In this document: piece by piece, positions 40,987 to 52,971 of the stretch
Layout: each line of letters begins with the position of its first letter
How positions within the stretch are numbered: position 1 is the first letter of the stretch
NCBI GenBank assembly: GCA_010356995.1
Contig: ML996688.1
Location: 1,240,001-1,304,000 of the forward strand
Length of the DNA: 64,000 bases
Source: Trichodelitschia bisporula
Lineage: Eukaryota
Direction of reading: 5' to 3'
Made by a program: the position numbers and the translations under genes
Notes under the pieces: model-generated
What the model saw: only the letters and a program-made list of their open reading frames with translations
Database searches by the model: none
What the model was told of the DNA's origin: nothing

Positions 40987-41716
40987 ATGACTGACCCAGG
41001 AACCATTTCGGAGGTAAGCAACTACTTCACAATTGTACAAGCCAAACTGTTCAGACAGCGGGGGTGGCTTGCCTTCTGTGCTCATCGATGAAACCAGACT
41101 CACAAGGCTCAGTGGATTCACGCGTTGCGAACTCATCGAATAAACACCATCACAGACCTCCGGCGTGTGGAAAAGATCTTCGCTTCGATCGGTACTTCGG
41201 ATGTAACTGAGCCTATGACGACAGCCTGTAAGAAGTTCTATTATGTCAACAAGTTCAGTGCTGATACCGTGGATCAGGGTCCTACTATGTCAATTCACAC
41301 ACGCTGTTGACTGAGCTCCGGAGTTTGACAAGAAACTATCCGTTTAGGTGATTACTCCGCAATCGTTCTTGACGCGGGCTAACCGTTTAGCTCGGAATGC
41401 GTTGAGGAAGCAAAGCGGCGGGTTTATAGTGACCCTTCAAGCAACAGGAGTTGGAATCTCTGCTGGCTTGTGCTCAACAAGATCAGATCAGAGTTAGTCT
41501 TCTTTCCTATCTGGTTCATTTCTGACCGTTCCAACCAGTCAACTTATCCCATACTACGCTCACTATCAAGCAAGTGCCCCCGCCATGTGGGGCCACCGCG
41601 TAGCAACGCCTGACGAGGTCTCCAAGCTCACTGCCGCGTTCGTTGCCGAGTGGAATTGGGCTGTCGACCAGATGCTCCGCCACTGGGAAAGGCCGCCTAT
41701 TGGTAGAGGAGCCTGA
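40987..41716 (+). CDS. Five-exon hypothetical protein (~168 aa) missed by the ORF track
   Basis: Exons 40987-41013, 41098-41227, 41278-41347, 41391-41492, 41539-41716. All four introns are GT..AG with branch-point-like motifs, and the phases are consistent, giving a Trp-rich helical protein. Confidence 0.8.
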
Positions 41717-44700
41717 GTTTCATTGCTGCCTTCAAGTTCACTGATTTTGTTCTCTTCCTGATTTTGTAGATGCGCCAGAAGGAGTCGAAAACGGGGAACT
41801 GGTGTTCAGGGCATACTACGGGCACTCGGAGAAGCCGGGCGTTTGGAGATCGGCGTACCTCTGTCGTTACTGCTGCTGTTTTGTTTTGTCCTTCTTTTCG
41901 AAGTTTTGGTTTCTCACGCTTATTCTTACTCATTGCGCGGGTATATGTAATGTTCACTAAGCGAAATATTGCTCAGCCGAAAGTATTTCCCGAGTTGTTA
42001 TCGTGTGTTGCTGTTATCAAGCCTGTGCGTTTAGAAATAGCGCTGACGGTTTGTGTACATCCAGGGTGTTCTTGAAGTCGACACTTTGGACAAAGTCAGG
42101 CTAATCGGCAAGACGGTGCTCAACTCCGATACTGGGTAAGTCAACCCCCGATTTTGTGGCCTCCACTATTGCACCGCCGCATGCGACAGGGACTTAGGTA
42201 ACACTGAAAACGTAGGCGAGCCTACGCTGTACGGCAGACACTGAATCCGAGTTCCTGCAGCAGTCTCGAGCCATGTGGACACAGGCGTGATGTAGACCTG
42301 GACCCGGTGCCCAACACCAGTACTGGTGTGCCCCTTAACCACATGTTTCCGTCTGGACTCTGCAGCATCAGCATTGAGATCCATCGTCTTCCTTCCGACC
42401 TCGCTGAGCTCCCGCTGTAAGGCCACCCTCCACGTTGCCACCGCAGTGTACCACTTCAACATATGCAATATCCAGCTCATACGCCCAATCCCGATACCTC
42501 GCCCCAGCTCATCACTTTTGGGAGAGATTCTAGCACTACCCCATAGGTCTATAAGCCTATCGCTTAGACAAGAAGTGTAGGTTCACTAAACAACTTCTCG
42601 CCCAACCTTCAACGTCTCCGCGGACCTGCCTTGGGGGCCCACACTCACGCATAAGCCCCCGATCTATCCCACCTGTGCAACCTCAAAATACCTCGGACAT
42701 CGCACGCCCGCCCCATACAAAAAGGATGCCGACCGCAAGGCCAAACGACGAATATCCGCGCGTTCCAGATCCCTGCTGTACTACAGTAGGTTGGTGACGA
42801 GGGAAATAAAGGCGCGGCAACACCATTAGCGGCAACTTGCTTTGGAAGACGGACGCAATGTGGCTCGGAAGCTGGCATACATATCAACCTGTCGTGGTTC
42901 CATCCATTCGCGTGTTCACTCAGCGGGTACCCAAACAACAGCTTGGATTGAGTGAGCTGCAGTTGAGGTTGGCGATTCTGCTACATCGGACGTGCATGAT
43001 GCCCTGGGCGGTCTGGACAGACTGGCGCTGCAATTGCGAGAAAATAATTATCGTCACAAAATACTACGCGGTGTCCATGCTCGATCGCGAGGGGTCGGCC
43101 ATCATACTGGCCGGGGTGATGTCATCGCCAGGGTGCGAGCCCTATCCCCACAGTTCGTGCAGCGAGGCTGGCATTGTCGAGGACGAGAAGCGCGACCAGA
43201 ACTCGCGGTGCAGCTCGCAGCAAGGCCCACTTCCTGTAACCCGCCCCACGGATATCGAGACGCCTACGAGCCCCACTCCGTGCATGCAGATAGAGTATTT
43301 TCCGTTGAGTCTGAATCTTTATTCCCGAAATACATTTGCGCGCTTGCGCCGTAGTGGAGAACCCGCACAGCCACCCAGAGCTTGGCCGCGCCTCACCCCG
43401 CCCCATACACCGCCACTCCCGCGGTCCAGACTGCCCAAGTGGGCCCCACTATGGCGCTAATGGGTAAGCGCGAGATTATCGCAATCCGCGCGGTGGACGG
43501 CACGCCTTACGCCCTGTAGGTGTTTGACCGACCCGCAGGCAGTGAGAAATGGGCGGCAGCCTGGAGTTGCTGGTAGGCTTGGTTATCATGACGATGTACT
43601 TTGCGGCCTTTTATGGTGCTCAGGGCGCCGAATGCTGTCATTTTGAACAAGGCTAGGCGACATCGCGAGCGCTGGTGGGAAGGAGGTGTGCCAGTTGTTC
43701 TTTCCGGGCTCATCCGACAAGGCTGGAAGGTGCTTTCCTGTTTGATCTTGCTAGAAAAATCAATTTCGAGTCGCGCACTTGCGGTTTTCTCAACCTACAT
43801 CCGTAGTTGTGAAGCTTTCAAGTGACTTTTTCCTCTTTACCGCTATCTGAGCCTTCCATCTCGCACATCAGCCTGATCATGGCAGGCTGCGTGCAGTGGA
43901 GATGGGCCGGCAAACGTGAAATCCTGAGGGAACACCTTGGCGCAAATGACTGAACACAGCTTGAAACCTTACCCATCCAACCTCATCTCCGCTTTATTCC
44001 CACCTTCAGTCACTACTGAAGGACATTTCAGGCCATCACGTGTGACTTTGACCCGGGTCATGTCTGCTGGATCAAGAGCAGCCCGTTCCTGATTATGAGG
44101 TATGTGTAAATGAGACCAAGGCTTCAATCCCAAGGCTAACTTAACAGGATTCACACTCAGAACCTCCGGTAAACATCCAAACGACTCATTGTCACTCGTA
44201 GCTTCCACGGGACCTTTGGCGGCCTACTTCAGCTTTTCTCATACCTCAGCGACGTAGGAGAAAACCCGAGTCTTTATGCAAACCATAATAACAGGTTAAC
44301 GAACTGGAGTAGCTCCTGGAAGTGCAAATTATCTTCCGTTTCGCCTTAGCAAGCTTGGGAAGATCAAGATGACTATGGCGGGAAAGCAAGCGATGCTAGA
44401 CACCCTGCTGAGTCCGAGGTGGCCGCTGTACCTATTCCTCCTTCTTGCTGCATATGCCGAAATCGTACGGGCATCTTGACTCTAGTCTTGCTTCAAGTAA
44501 TGAGCTGCTATGAGGTCCAGAGCCTTCCGGCTCTCTAAAAGCTTTCAGAAGTGGATGTGGGAGGGATGTCCCTTCCTAACGTTGTGGGCAGCTCCATCAA
44601 ACGTCCATGACGTCATCATTAAGGACCTTATGGCCTTCTTGACCCTTTTCCATTAATATCTGCGCAACGTAGATAGATCGCTGACCCAAAGTATCCCGGA

Positions 44701-47700
44701 GATGTGCCTCGGATTTACTTCATTCACTACAGCCTCCCACGCTCAAAATCCCGAAAACAAGCAATGACGTGTTGTCGCCTTGGAGTCGCATCCGCACCAT
44801 TCTCCCGGGTCCGCCCAACCCCGATCCACCAACCACGCCGCCTCATAAACGATAAGACATTCCTAACGCAGTGCCGATTAAACCTTATCTTAAAATCCCA
44901 CTGCATCAAACCTGAACTCAAAAATCCCTGCGCCATCAAAACCTCCCAAACTGATGAGTACGGTATCCCTTGCTCCCCACCATCCTACGCGCAGCCCACA
45001 GCCCTACCCGCACCCGCGCGCCAAACGCCCCACAAACGCCGCCACGAACCCGCAAGCGCGGACGCCAGCCTTGCCGCAGTGCCAAGTCTCTGCCGCCCCT
45101 GAACCCCACCACGCCCGACGCGCGCACGTCGCTGGGCCGCAACGGCAGCGCAGAACCTCGGCCCTCGACTGATCCTGCGTTTATTCTAATGCGTTTCATT
45201 GCTAGTCTCCCTTGGCCCCATGTATGCAAGGCGCGTGGGGTTCCGGCCGTACGCCACGTTGGCGGGGCGCGAGGCGTGGTGCCTATGGCGGGCGGGGGGG
45301 CTTCGATGAGATCGGGATCGGGGTGGGGGTGTGGACTGGGTGTGAGTTGTCGTTGTTGGCGGGCGATTCTCGCGGCGTGGGGCAGCGCGGCGCTTGGTGG
45401 GGATTGACTTGCACTCGGCTAAGGTTCGTTGAGGGCAAGGGACGTGATGCGCACGGCCGATGTAGAGCAGGGGCGATGGCGATGCAATGTCCGCTAGCGG
45501 TGCGATGAGCTGAGACTGATATTTCCACACAATATCTAGTATTGAGGTCATGTAGATGGGGGCACGGACTCAGGCATGAATGCGGGCGGCGGGCGCACAC
45601 ACATCGGCGCGCATAAATCGGGAAGACACGCGGGCGGGCCAGGCGGTGCGGAGGAAGGAACGAGCTTAAGGGGGTAAAGGGGAAAGGACTTTGTTTTGGA
45701 GACAGGTGTCCTTTCGTCCTCTACGCCCGACAGTGCGGGCGGCAAGGCTTCGCAGATCCAAGTTCCCGGTGTGATGTTGGGCATCATCTGCGCCTTCCGG
45801 GCCTAAGGAACCAACAGTACTCCCGGGCGAAGCGACGGGTGTACCTGTCTGTTACTGCTGTCGCGTGCCAATGTTGGGTGGCAAGCATGGGGCTTCACTT
45901 TTTCTTCTTCACAATTTTCAGCTTGCTTCGGTGTAGCTCGCGTTTACTGCTCTGAACGCCCCGGGGCTGTTGCTCACCAATGAGTTTACCAGGGAGGGCT
46001 CGTCCCGTTCCGCAACGGCAAGTGTCCGATCTGCGGGAGCCATATTCGGGTGACAGGGAAAATCAAAGCAGAGGTGTCGACATGACTGCCGGCTGCCAGG
46101 AGTGTCGAACAGCAAACACCTGATAATCTGTCAACATAGCCCAGGCATCGGTTTATCCCGTACTACGGATCATATTGCTCATACTGTCCCCACACTCTAT
46201 CCTCGGAAACTGACACGGCAATCCCAAAAGAGATTATGGAGACATCTCCGGTCGTACTTTCCCCGAAATGTGGGTTTCAATGTGGCAAACGCCTTGGAAT
46301 TGACCCAGGGCAAGATGGGGTGCAGCTCAAATCTCAGCTACACGCGCGGATTGCTGAAAATTTGAGCCCCTAGGGCCATGAAGAACGACTTGAGAGGTCG
46401 ACGGCGAGCAGTCGGCCAGTATCCCAACCTCAATCGGGAGTCCCGCCGCCTCTTTCTATTCTCCTATTCGCCGTTCACCGTACAACCCCAGCGATCTTTA
46501 CAGGAATCTGGCCCGAGCTCGACGAAGTGTTGTGACTGGGGCAACCTTTCAGAGCCAGGGCAGCTTTTGCCCAGGGATTCGCCTCCTCCAGAGGATTGGG
46601 TGTATCTTCACCGCTCGGGCGGTTGCGCCATCAACCGTCGACCCTAGTGCTTAGCATCTGTTGTCTGATGGCCAGCCGCTGATGGCTATGATTAGCTGAA
46701 AGCAGTGCTGCGAATCAAAGCCTTTAACGGTGTCGTACTCGTGATTGACTGGCAGTCTCCGCCACCCAGTGGAAGCATGCCTTCATTATGCACTGCCTTT
46801 CCCCACAGGTGGGCTCGGCTCTGCAAGTCATTCTTGCCAAAAGGCTGAAAACCCGTCCCCTCTGGCTCGCTTCCCAACATCGCACAGATGGCCTGGTCGT
46901 GTAAGGGCGGTCACTGAGATCCCGAGACTGCTGACAAACTTGGAGATAACCGGTCTTTGCGTCGCATCACTGACGAGAGGAGTACTTGGTCCGAAGCATC
47001 AGCTTGTGGCTTTGTCCTGACCGCCCATCTGTGCCACTCAAAACCGGAGGTCTGATGACCTCGGGGTACCCTGTAGAGAGATAATGCTAAGCAATGAAAC
47101 ACGCAACAGACAAAAGCAGCGAATTGCAGACACGATGCCAACTTGCCTCTGGCTTCACCGGCCTCCCGCTGCCGCTATCACGCACCAGCTGGTTTGCCCG
47201 CACCCTCGAGCTACCACCAGTGCCGCCTGTGATGAAGGTCAAGAAATCCATTGCTATAGCCTCATTCGCGCTCCGCACCTCGTCACTCTGCAGGCTGACA
47301 AGCCTCTCCTGACCGGAAGCTTCGGCTAAGAGACCCACTTTAGCAAGGTATCACGAGTCCTAAATTGTTGTCAAATGGCCAGTTGAAGACGCAACTTTGG
47401 TACCGCTGTTTCACGATGACTGCACACCCTCGACTGCCTCCGGTCCGGGGAGTCTGCAGTCTTGCTACATAGGCGGTGCGGGATGTGTCCCGTCCTTCCT
47501 CCTGCAATGTACCCTGGGGGTCTGTAGGCGTTCCGAGCTCGAGAAAGCATGACAGTGAAGGGCCGGAATCGCTGCTCATCAATCGAGCACCATATTTGGT
47601 CCCCGCTAACGCACGCGGTGTGATTCCGGGAGCTGGCAGAGCAATTATCCACGTTTGACGGGCCACAAGTGATCTCAAGGAGCGTTGGGTGCAGTGAGAT

Positions 47701-50700
47701 TGGTCTGCGATCTTCAGTGGAAAGTGAGGGAATGGCGCCTGACTGCTAGACCATGGGCCCTGGAAGTAAGGTTTTGTCAGTGAGGGGATTGCCATTCGCC
47801 AATTTGAATGTCTCTCATCTTTTGGGCAGGACTGAGGCCGGGCGGCCGTCAATGTTATGTTTTGAAAGCGTGGGATGGCCAATGTTTGGTGTTTCGGGCG
47901 GGGAAGGCCATTGCGTCAGTCTTCGGCAAACGGGGAAGGAGTGATCGTGAGACCCATGAATTGCTCCGAGCAAAGTATTTTCATACAACAGCATTCCAGT
48001 CGGTGCAAACCTGTTCTCAGGATTAGCAGGAAAGGCATGAAGAGGTCATATACTCAAGAGTCAAGTCAGAGCCAATGGCAAATAAGCCAGTAGATCGCAA
48101 GTGCCTTCCCCCAATCCGTTTGCCCCAGCGTAGTAGTGATGCTCGGCCTACAAGTTGCAAACCGTCCCAGCCCATCAGATCAGTAACTTCGTTAGATTAA
48201 GGTTAGGGCAGAGATTAGTAGTACAGCAACCGCAGCCGACTCCATCATATCAGACTCTGGAATCTAGAAAATTTCCCGATAACCATGGGTCCGTTACAAC
48301 GTCAAGATACCACCCCCCGTGAGTACCGGCTGCTTAATACCCGTCCCCTCCTCCAAAACAACAAATGGGAAACATCCACCTCTCGACATGCCCAAGTGAC
48401 TAATATTCTCGAGACCTTACCGTCGACTCGTAAATCGTGCGCACGGTAGGGTTGCTGTTCGTAACACCCCTGCCTCCGATTGACCGCTCACCAAACCCAC
48501 GGCGTTACGTGGCCAAAGGAGATCCGGGGCTAGACTGTAACGTGTGGAGCTCGAGCTGAGAGCATGTCCGCTGCTGCACAGCAAAGATAGAGCCGTCCGG
48601 TTGTTAGTGCGGTTGGGCCTCGCCGCTTCCAAAGGGCCTGTCCCGGGCCTCTCAGGGCAAACGACTAGGTTCCGCACCTCCTATCGAGCACAGTATCAGC
48701 TCGGGTGTGCTTCCAACACCCCGCGCGGGAAACAAGCGGCATATGAGCCTGAAATCGGATGCCACTGCCCAATGGGATGAGGACCGAAGCCGCGAAGTAC
48801 CCACAGCTAGGGTCATTTGGCCATCAGAAGTCAAGTCTAGGCGGTATGCTGAAGAAATGACAAGTCCTCATTCGCCAAACCCGCGGTTGACTTTTAATCT
48901 AGCGCGGTGCCACCCCATAGAGAGAAGGCGGGTCGCCATTACCGACAGCTTCGTCCATCTCACTCTCGAATTCTCCGCGGGGAAGGGGGCCGCGAACAGC
49001 ATGGTGATACGTCTGCAGTATTCAGTGGCGGAAGGTAGCCACCTGAAGCCCATATTTTATCCTCATGAGGAAATTCCTTCCACCCCCACCCCCACTTCCC
49101 CGTCTCCTTCGAAATCGGTCTCCAGAGTAATCGTGCTCCGCCCCGGTTATCGGGACGAGCAAGACTTGACCACCCGTGTCGCCCTGCATAACCCTCGCTG
49201 ACGACGATCGGTTCGAGAACCTTGCTAATTCCCGCCTTGGGTCCAGACTCCAATCAAAAAGGACGCATGGAACGAGGGGAGGAAGCATCTCCTCACGGGG
49301 ACAGAAGCAGAATAACGGAGGAGCGAGGCCACCGGTCTCGCAAAAGGACCCACGCAGGCCTAGAAGCAAGAATCCCGGTTGTTCGGCAGGAGTACGCGGC
49401 TGCGCATATGCTTCAAGGTGAACAAGGAGGCCGAACGACGAATGCGCGAGCGTTTTTGAAGTCTTCAGGAGAATCCAGCTCCGGTGGGAGACGTTGTCCC
49501 GAAGCCAAACCCTATGCGGCGCCATCCGGGCGACGGTGGCGATGAAAACGGGATGCAACATACGTGCGCAATCGGGGGCGAGAAGAGAGACCGTGGAGTC
49601 CGGTGTTTCGAACAAGCTTGCGACCTCGGATGGAGAGTAGTTTAACGGGCCGAATTCGCAAGCCTCGCAAACTGTTACTCTTCAGGGACCTAGAACTAGA
49701 CCATGGATTGACGTGGGAGATATGCGTTGGTGACGTTTCCTGCGCAGTCTAAACTCAGCAAATCTGAACATTTCCTAAAGCGGAGTCTGTTGTAACTGAG
49801 CATGCTGAGCCGCGCCCTCACATAAAAACGGGAGATAGACGCTGAGAAAGGGCATGGTGGCCACATCCATGTTGGCAAGGCGAGTAAGGACTGGATGGTA
49901 AGGCCCGAAGCCGGCGCCTGTGTTGATATGGAGAGCTCGTGGAGCCGCGCCGCCGCACAGTTTAATCCAAGGACCCTTCTGATTCCCCGAACGATCAACG
50001 GAGACGTCGAACTGTCCAATGCCCTGCAGCCGGGCTAGATCGGCAGCTATTGGGGTATCATGGCACGGAGCTTCTTCCTAAGTCGCAGAGGGGCCGCGTT
50101 GCATCGTCGATGGCTGTTCGCGCAATTGTGAGGTGCATTTGTTGAATGCACATCCTGTAGCGCCGAAGTGGAAGGGAGTTAGGGGGCCTTTTGCAAAATT
50201 TCCATCTTCAGAGAAGCCTCACAAACCGTGAGGCTGTTGACGCAGGGTCGGGTAGAACCCAAGGGTCACTGATCGGCGGGGATATACCAAGCAGCAGGGC
50301 CCGCGACGGCCGAATGGATGCAAAATGAAGGTAGCCGAAGTGCCAAGCCGTCCCCAGTGACGAAGTGTGAGGCTGCAGCTGGGTTTGGGCACTTGCCGCT
50401 CACGCCGCTCTGGAGTCGCCTTACCGTACGCATATAGTAGAATTTGTTTTCTTTCTCTCTCGCACAGTTCTGGGGTGGCGCCAGAACGACTCTGTAGAGT
50501 TTGTGACGAAATCCATCAAGACGGATATGTGCCTTGTGCGGATGGTCACTGTGATAAGCTTGTATGAGAGGCGCGAATCACATTATTGCCGCGGCAAGTT
50601 TCTTTGACAGACTGGAGTTAGCAAAGCGTCTTTATGCTCTACCACCGAGGGGGAGGAAACAAACAAATAAATGTAGAACCTGTAAGTTGAGGAGTTATCA

Positions 50701-51999
50701 GAGGGGCTAGAAATTCTAATTGATTCTGTGTAACAAGAGCATGCAATAAAATTCGGGGTGAGAGTTGGGTGGTGGTCATCGGAGGCCACCATTGAAAGTT
50801 GCAAAGCATGTGCAAGGTTCAAGGGGGGAGAGGCATAGGACGGAGCCCTTCACATCCGCAGGAGCTGTTGTGGTCTACGAGTAGTCGAAGAGTCCTGTCG
50901 TTCATGGATGTGGCATACATACGGGCACCATACTCGATCTTACGGGGCCTCGCAGAAGGTCAAAGGGCGGGGTAGAGTAGACGAAGACGACGACGAGAAG
51001 GAACCCCTGCACGGAGGTGGGCGGAGGATTACGAGTAGGGAGACCTATGAGGTTTGAAAGTCGGCGGGAATTGCCTTTCCTTGGTTGCCACTGGTGTATG
51101 TCCATCGGAGAGATCTAGCAGTAGGACAAGGATGAACGATGCGCAGCTTTTCTGTTGGGGGCTTGATGATTGATCAAAAGATGCCTTCACAACTGTCTAC
51201 AGTTGAGAATCGGAGGAGACGGATTGGGGAGAATTGAAGAAGAGAGAATTAATAAGGATATTGGAATGGGGCGAAATGATGGAAGATAGATTCAGCCTAT
51301 GCAATTCCTTTCAGCGCCTTCTTCACCCTCTTTGCCTTCTTCGCCCTTTCTGCTCTCTGCTTCCTGGCCATTCATGCCTTCTCTCTGACCTAATGCTGTT
51401 TATGTTTGGGGCAATAAATGCCGGGGAACAGGTAAAGGCTATGATAGGGACATTTAGCACCGCAAACGGTCTGCTTTTCCTTGAGTTGATCATCCGTAGC
51501 GTGAATAATGCTGTCGCTGTCGACGACAGTACTGTACCTTCCACAGTTCCCTACTCGATGCTTCTGATGAACGTACGCATGTACGCATGTGATATGGAGG
51601 CTTTGCCGAGTTTTCGCGTGGCGTGTAGCTTTTTACCGGCGTGCCTAGAAGCTGCAACGTCCGACGAGAGATGTGGTTGGCTGGGTTATGGGCAAAATAA
51701 TGGAGATGTCAAGGAGACAGAGAGCGCGAGGGTGATGACGTGAGTAGTACCCTGTTGATCCGGTGATGGTACAGAGAGTCGGTACGGTAAAAGAAAGCGA
51801 TATGTAGTTAGAGTACTAGGTACAGGTACCTCAGACAGTACTGGAAGTACTGTTCTAATTGATGTTGTCACACTGATGTTGCCCATATTTCGCAAAGCAA
51901 TGGGCTAACTGTGTCGTAAATTCCACCGTACGTAGTACTTGGGAAGGGGCCCTCTTAGAAAACCTTCGGTTCTCACCTCCTACCATTCCTATTAATGAC

Positions 52000-52112
52000 C
52001 TCTCTCTGTGTACCACCTCTCCTACCTCTCCTCTCTCTCACTCACACACACACTCACACCACACACTCCCTCTCTCTTTTTTTTCTCTCTTACACCAAAA
52101 GATCTTCTCTCC
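52000..52112 (+). repeat. CT/CA low-complexity tract, probable core promoter region of the cryptochrome gene
   Basis: ctctctctcactcacacacacactcacacc...tctctcttttttttctctct. Confidence 0.6.
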
Positions 52113-52971
52113 TCCACATGAACAGGCTCTAGAAGCCCGCAGGGCTTCCTCTCCAAAAGAAACCAAGGCATCTCCGCCTCGAATAGGGACGTACCTTCTT
52201 CAGCCTGCATACACACAGCAAGCACGAAACACCCCCAATTATGGATACCATGAAGTCGCCCCATCTCTACCCAACCAAGCCCTGCAGCGTGCTGCTGGAA
52301 GCAGAGCACCTCCACGCACTCGACATACAGCAAGCCATAGCACCCTTTCCACACCCCCTCTCAACTTTCACATCCAATATGCATTCGGTATCCTGGGCGG
52401 CAAAGCCTCTCCCCGGTGCGGGACTTGAGCAGGAAATCTGCTCGCTGCCCTTCAATCGACCGCCACCCTCTCCACCCTCTCCACCACTAATGCCAAATCA
52501 TCCATCGCAATTGCTCGCCCTTTCAAGCTCTAAATATCCTCCACAAATCCTACAGCATCGGCGATGTTTTAACTCCATCTCACCTTGCTTGCCTGTGTTG
52601 CTATTGCTATTTATTTCAAGTCCCCCACCCTCAGCCCACCTCTCACCGGCTTCTTGAAACAATGTCTTCCCTCCCCCGAACCCGCCAACCTTTAGTCTGG
52701 TAATCCATTTCCAGATCTTCAACCTCCAAACCTCTGATCATTGCTGGTCAACTCGCCGCTTTCCACATTCCCGCCTTCTTAGTCCCATTATTCCGACTAT
52801 CTCCGTCTCATTCCTTTGCCGCTGTTTGACCCGAAAGACGTCATTTCCTTCGCTCTAAATCACATATATCTCATTGCACATGATTCCACCTCTGCAATCG
52901 TTTATTTGCACCCAAGTACTTCTACCTCACCACGGGTCAGCATCGTCTCAGTATTCGTCTTCGCCTTCACA

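Noticed and set aside
42837..49615. Longer ORFs at 42837-43460, 47340-47882, 48707-49201 and 49022-49615
   Set aside because: Mostly non-ATG starts, no recognisable motifs, no consistent splice structure; typical of chance ORFs in GC-rich DNA.
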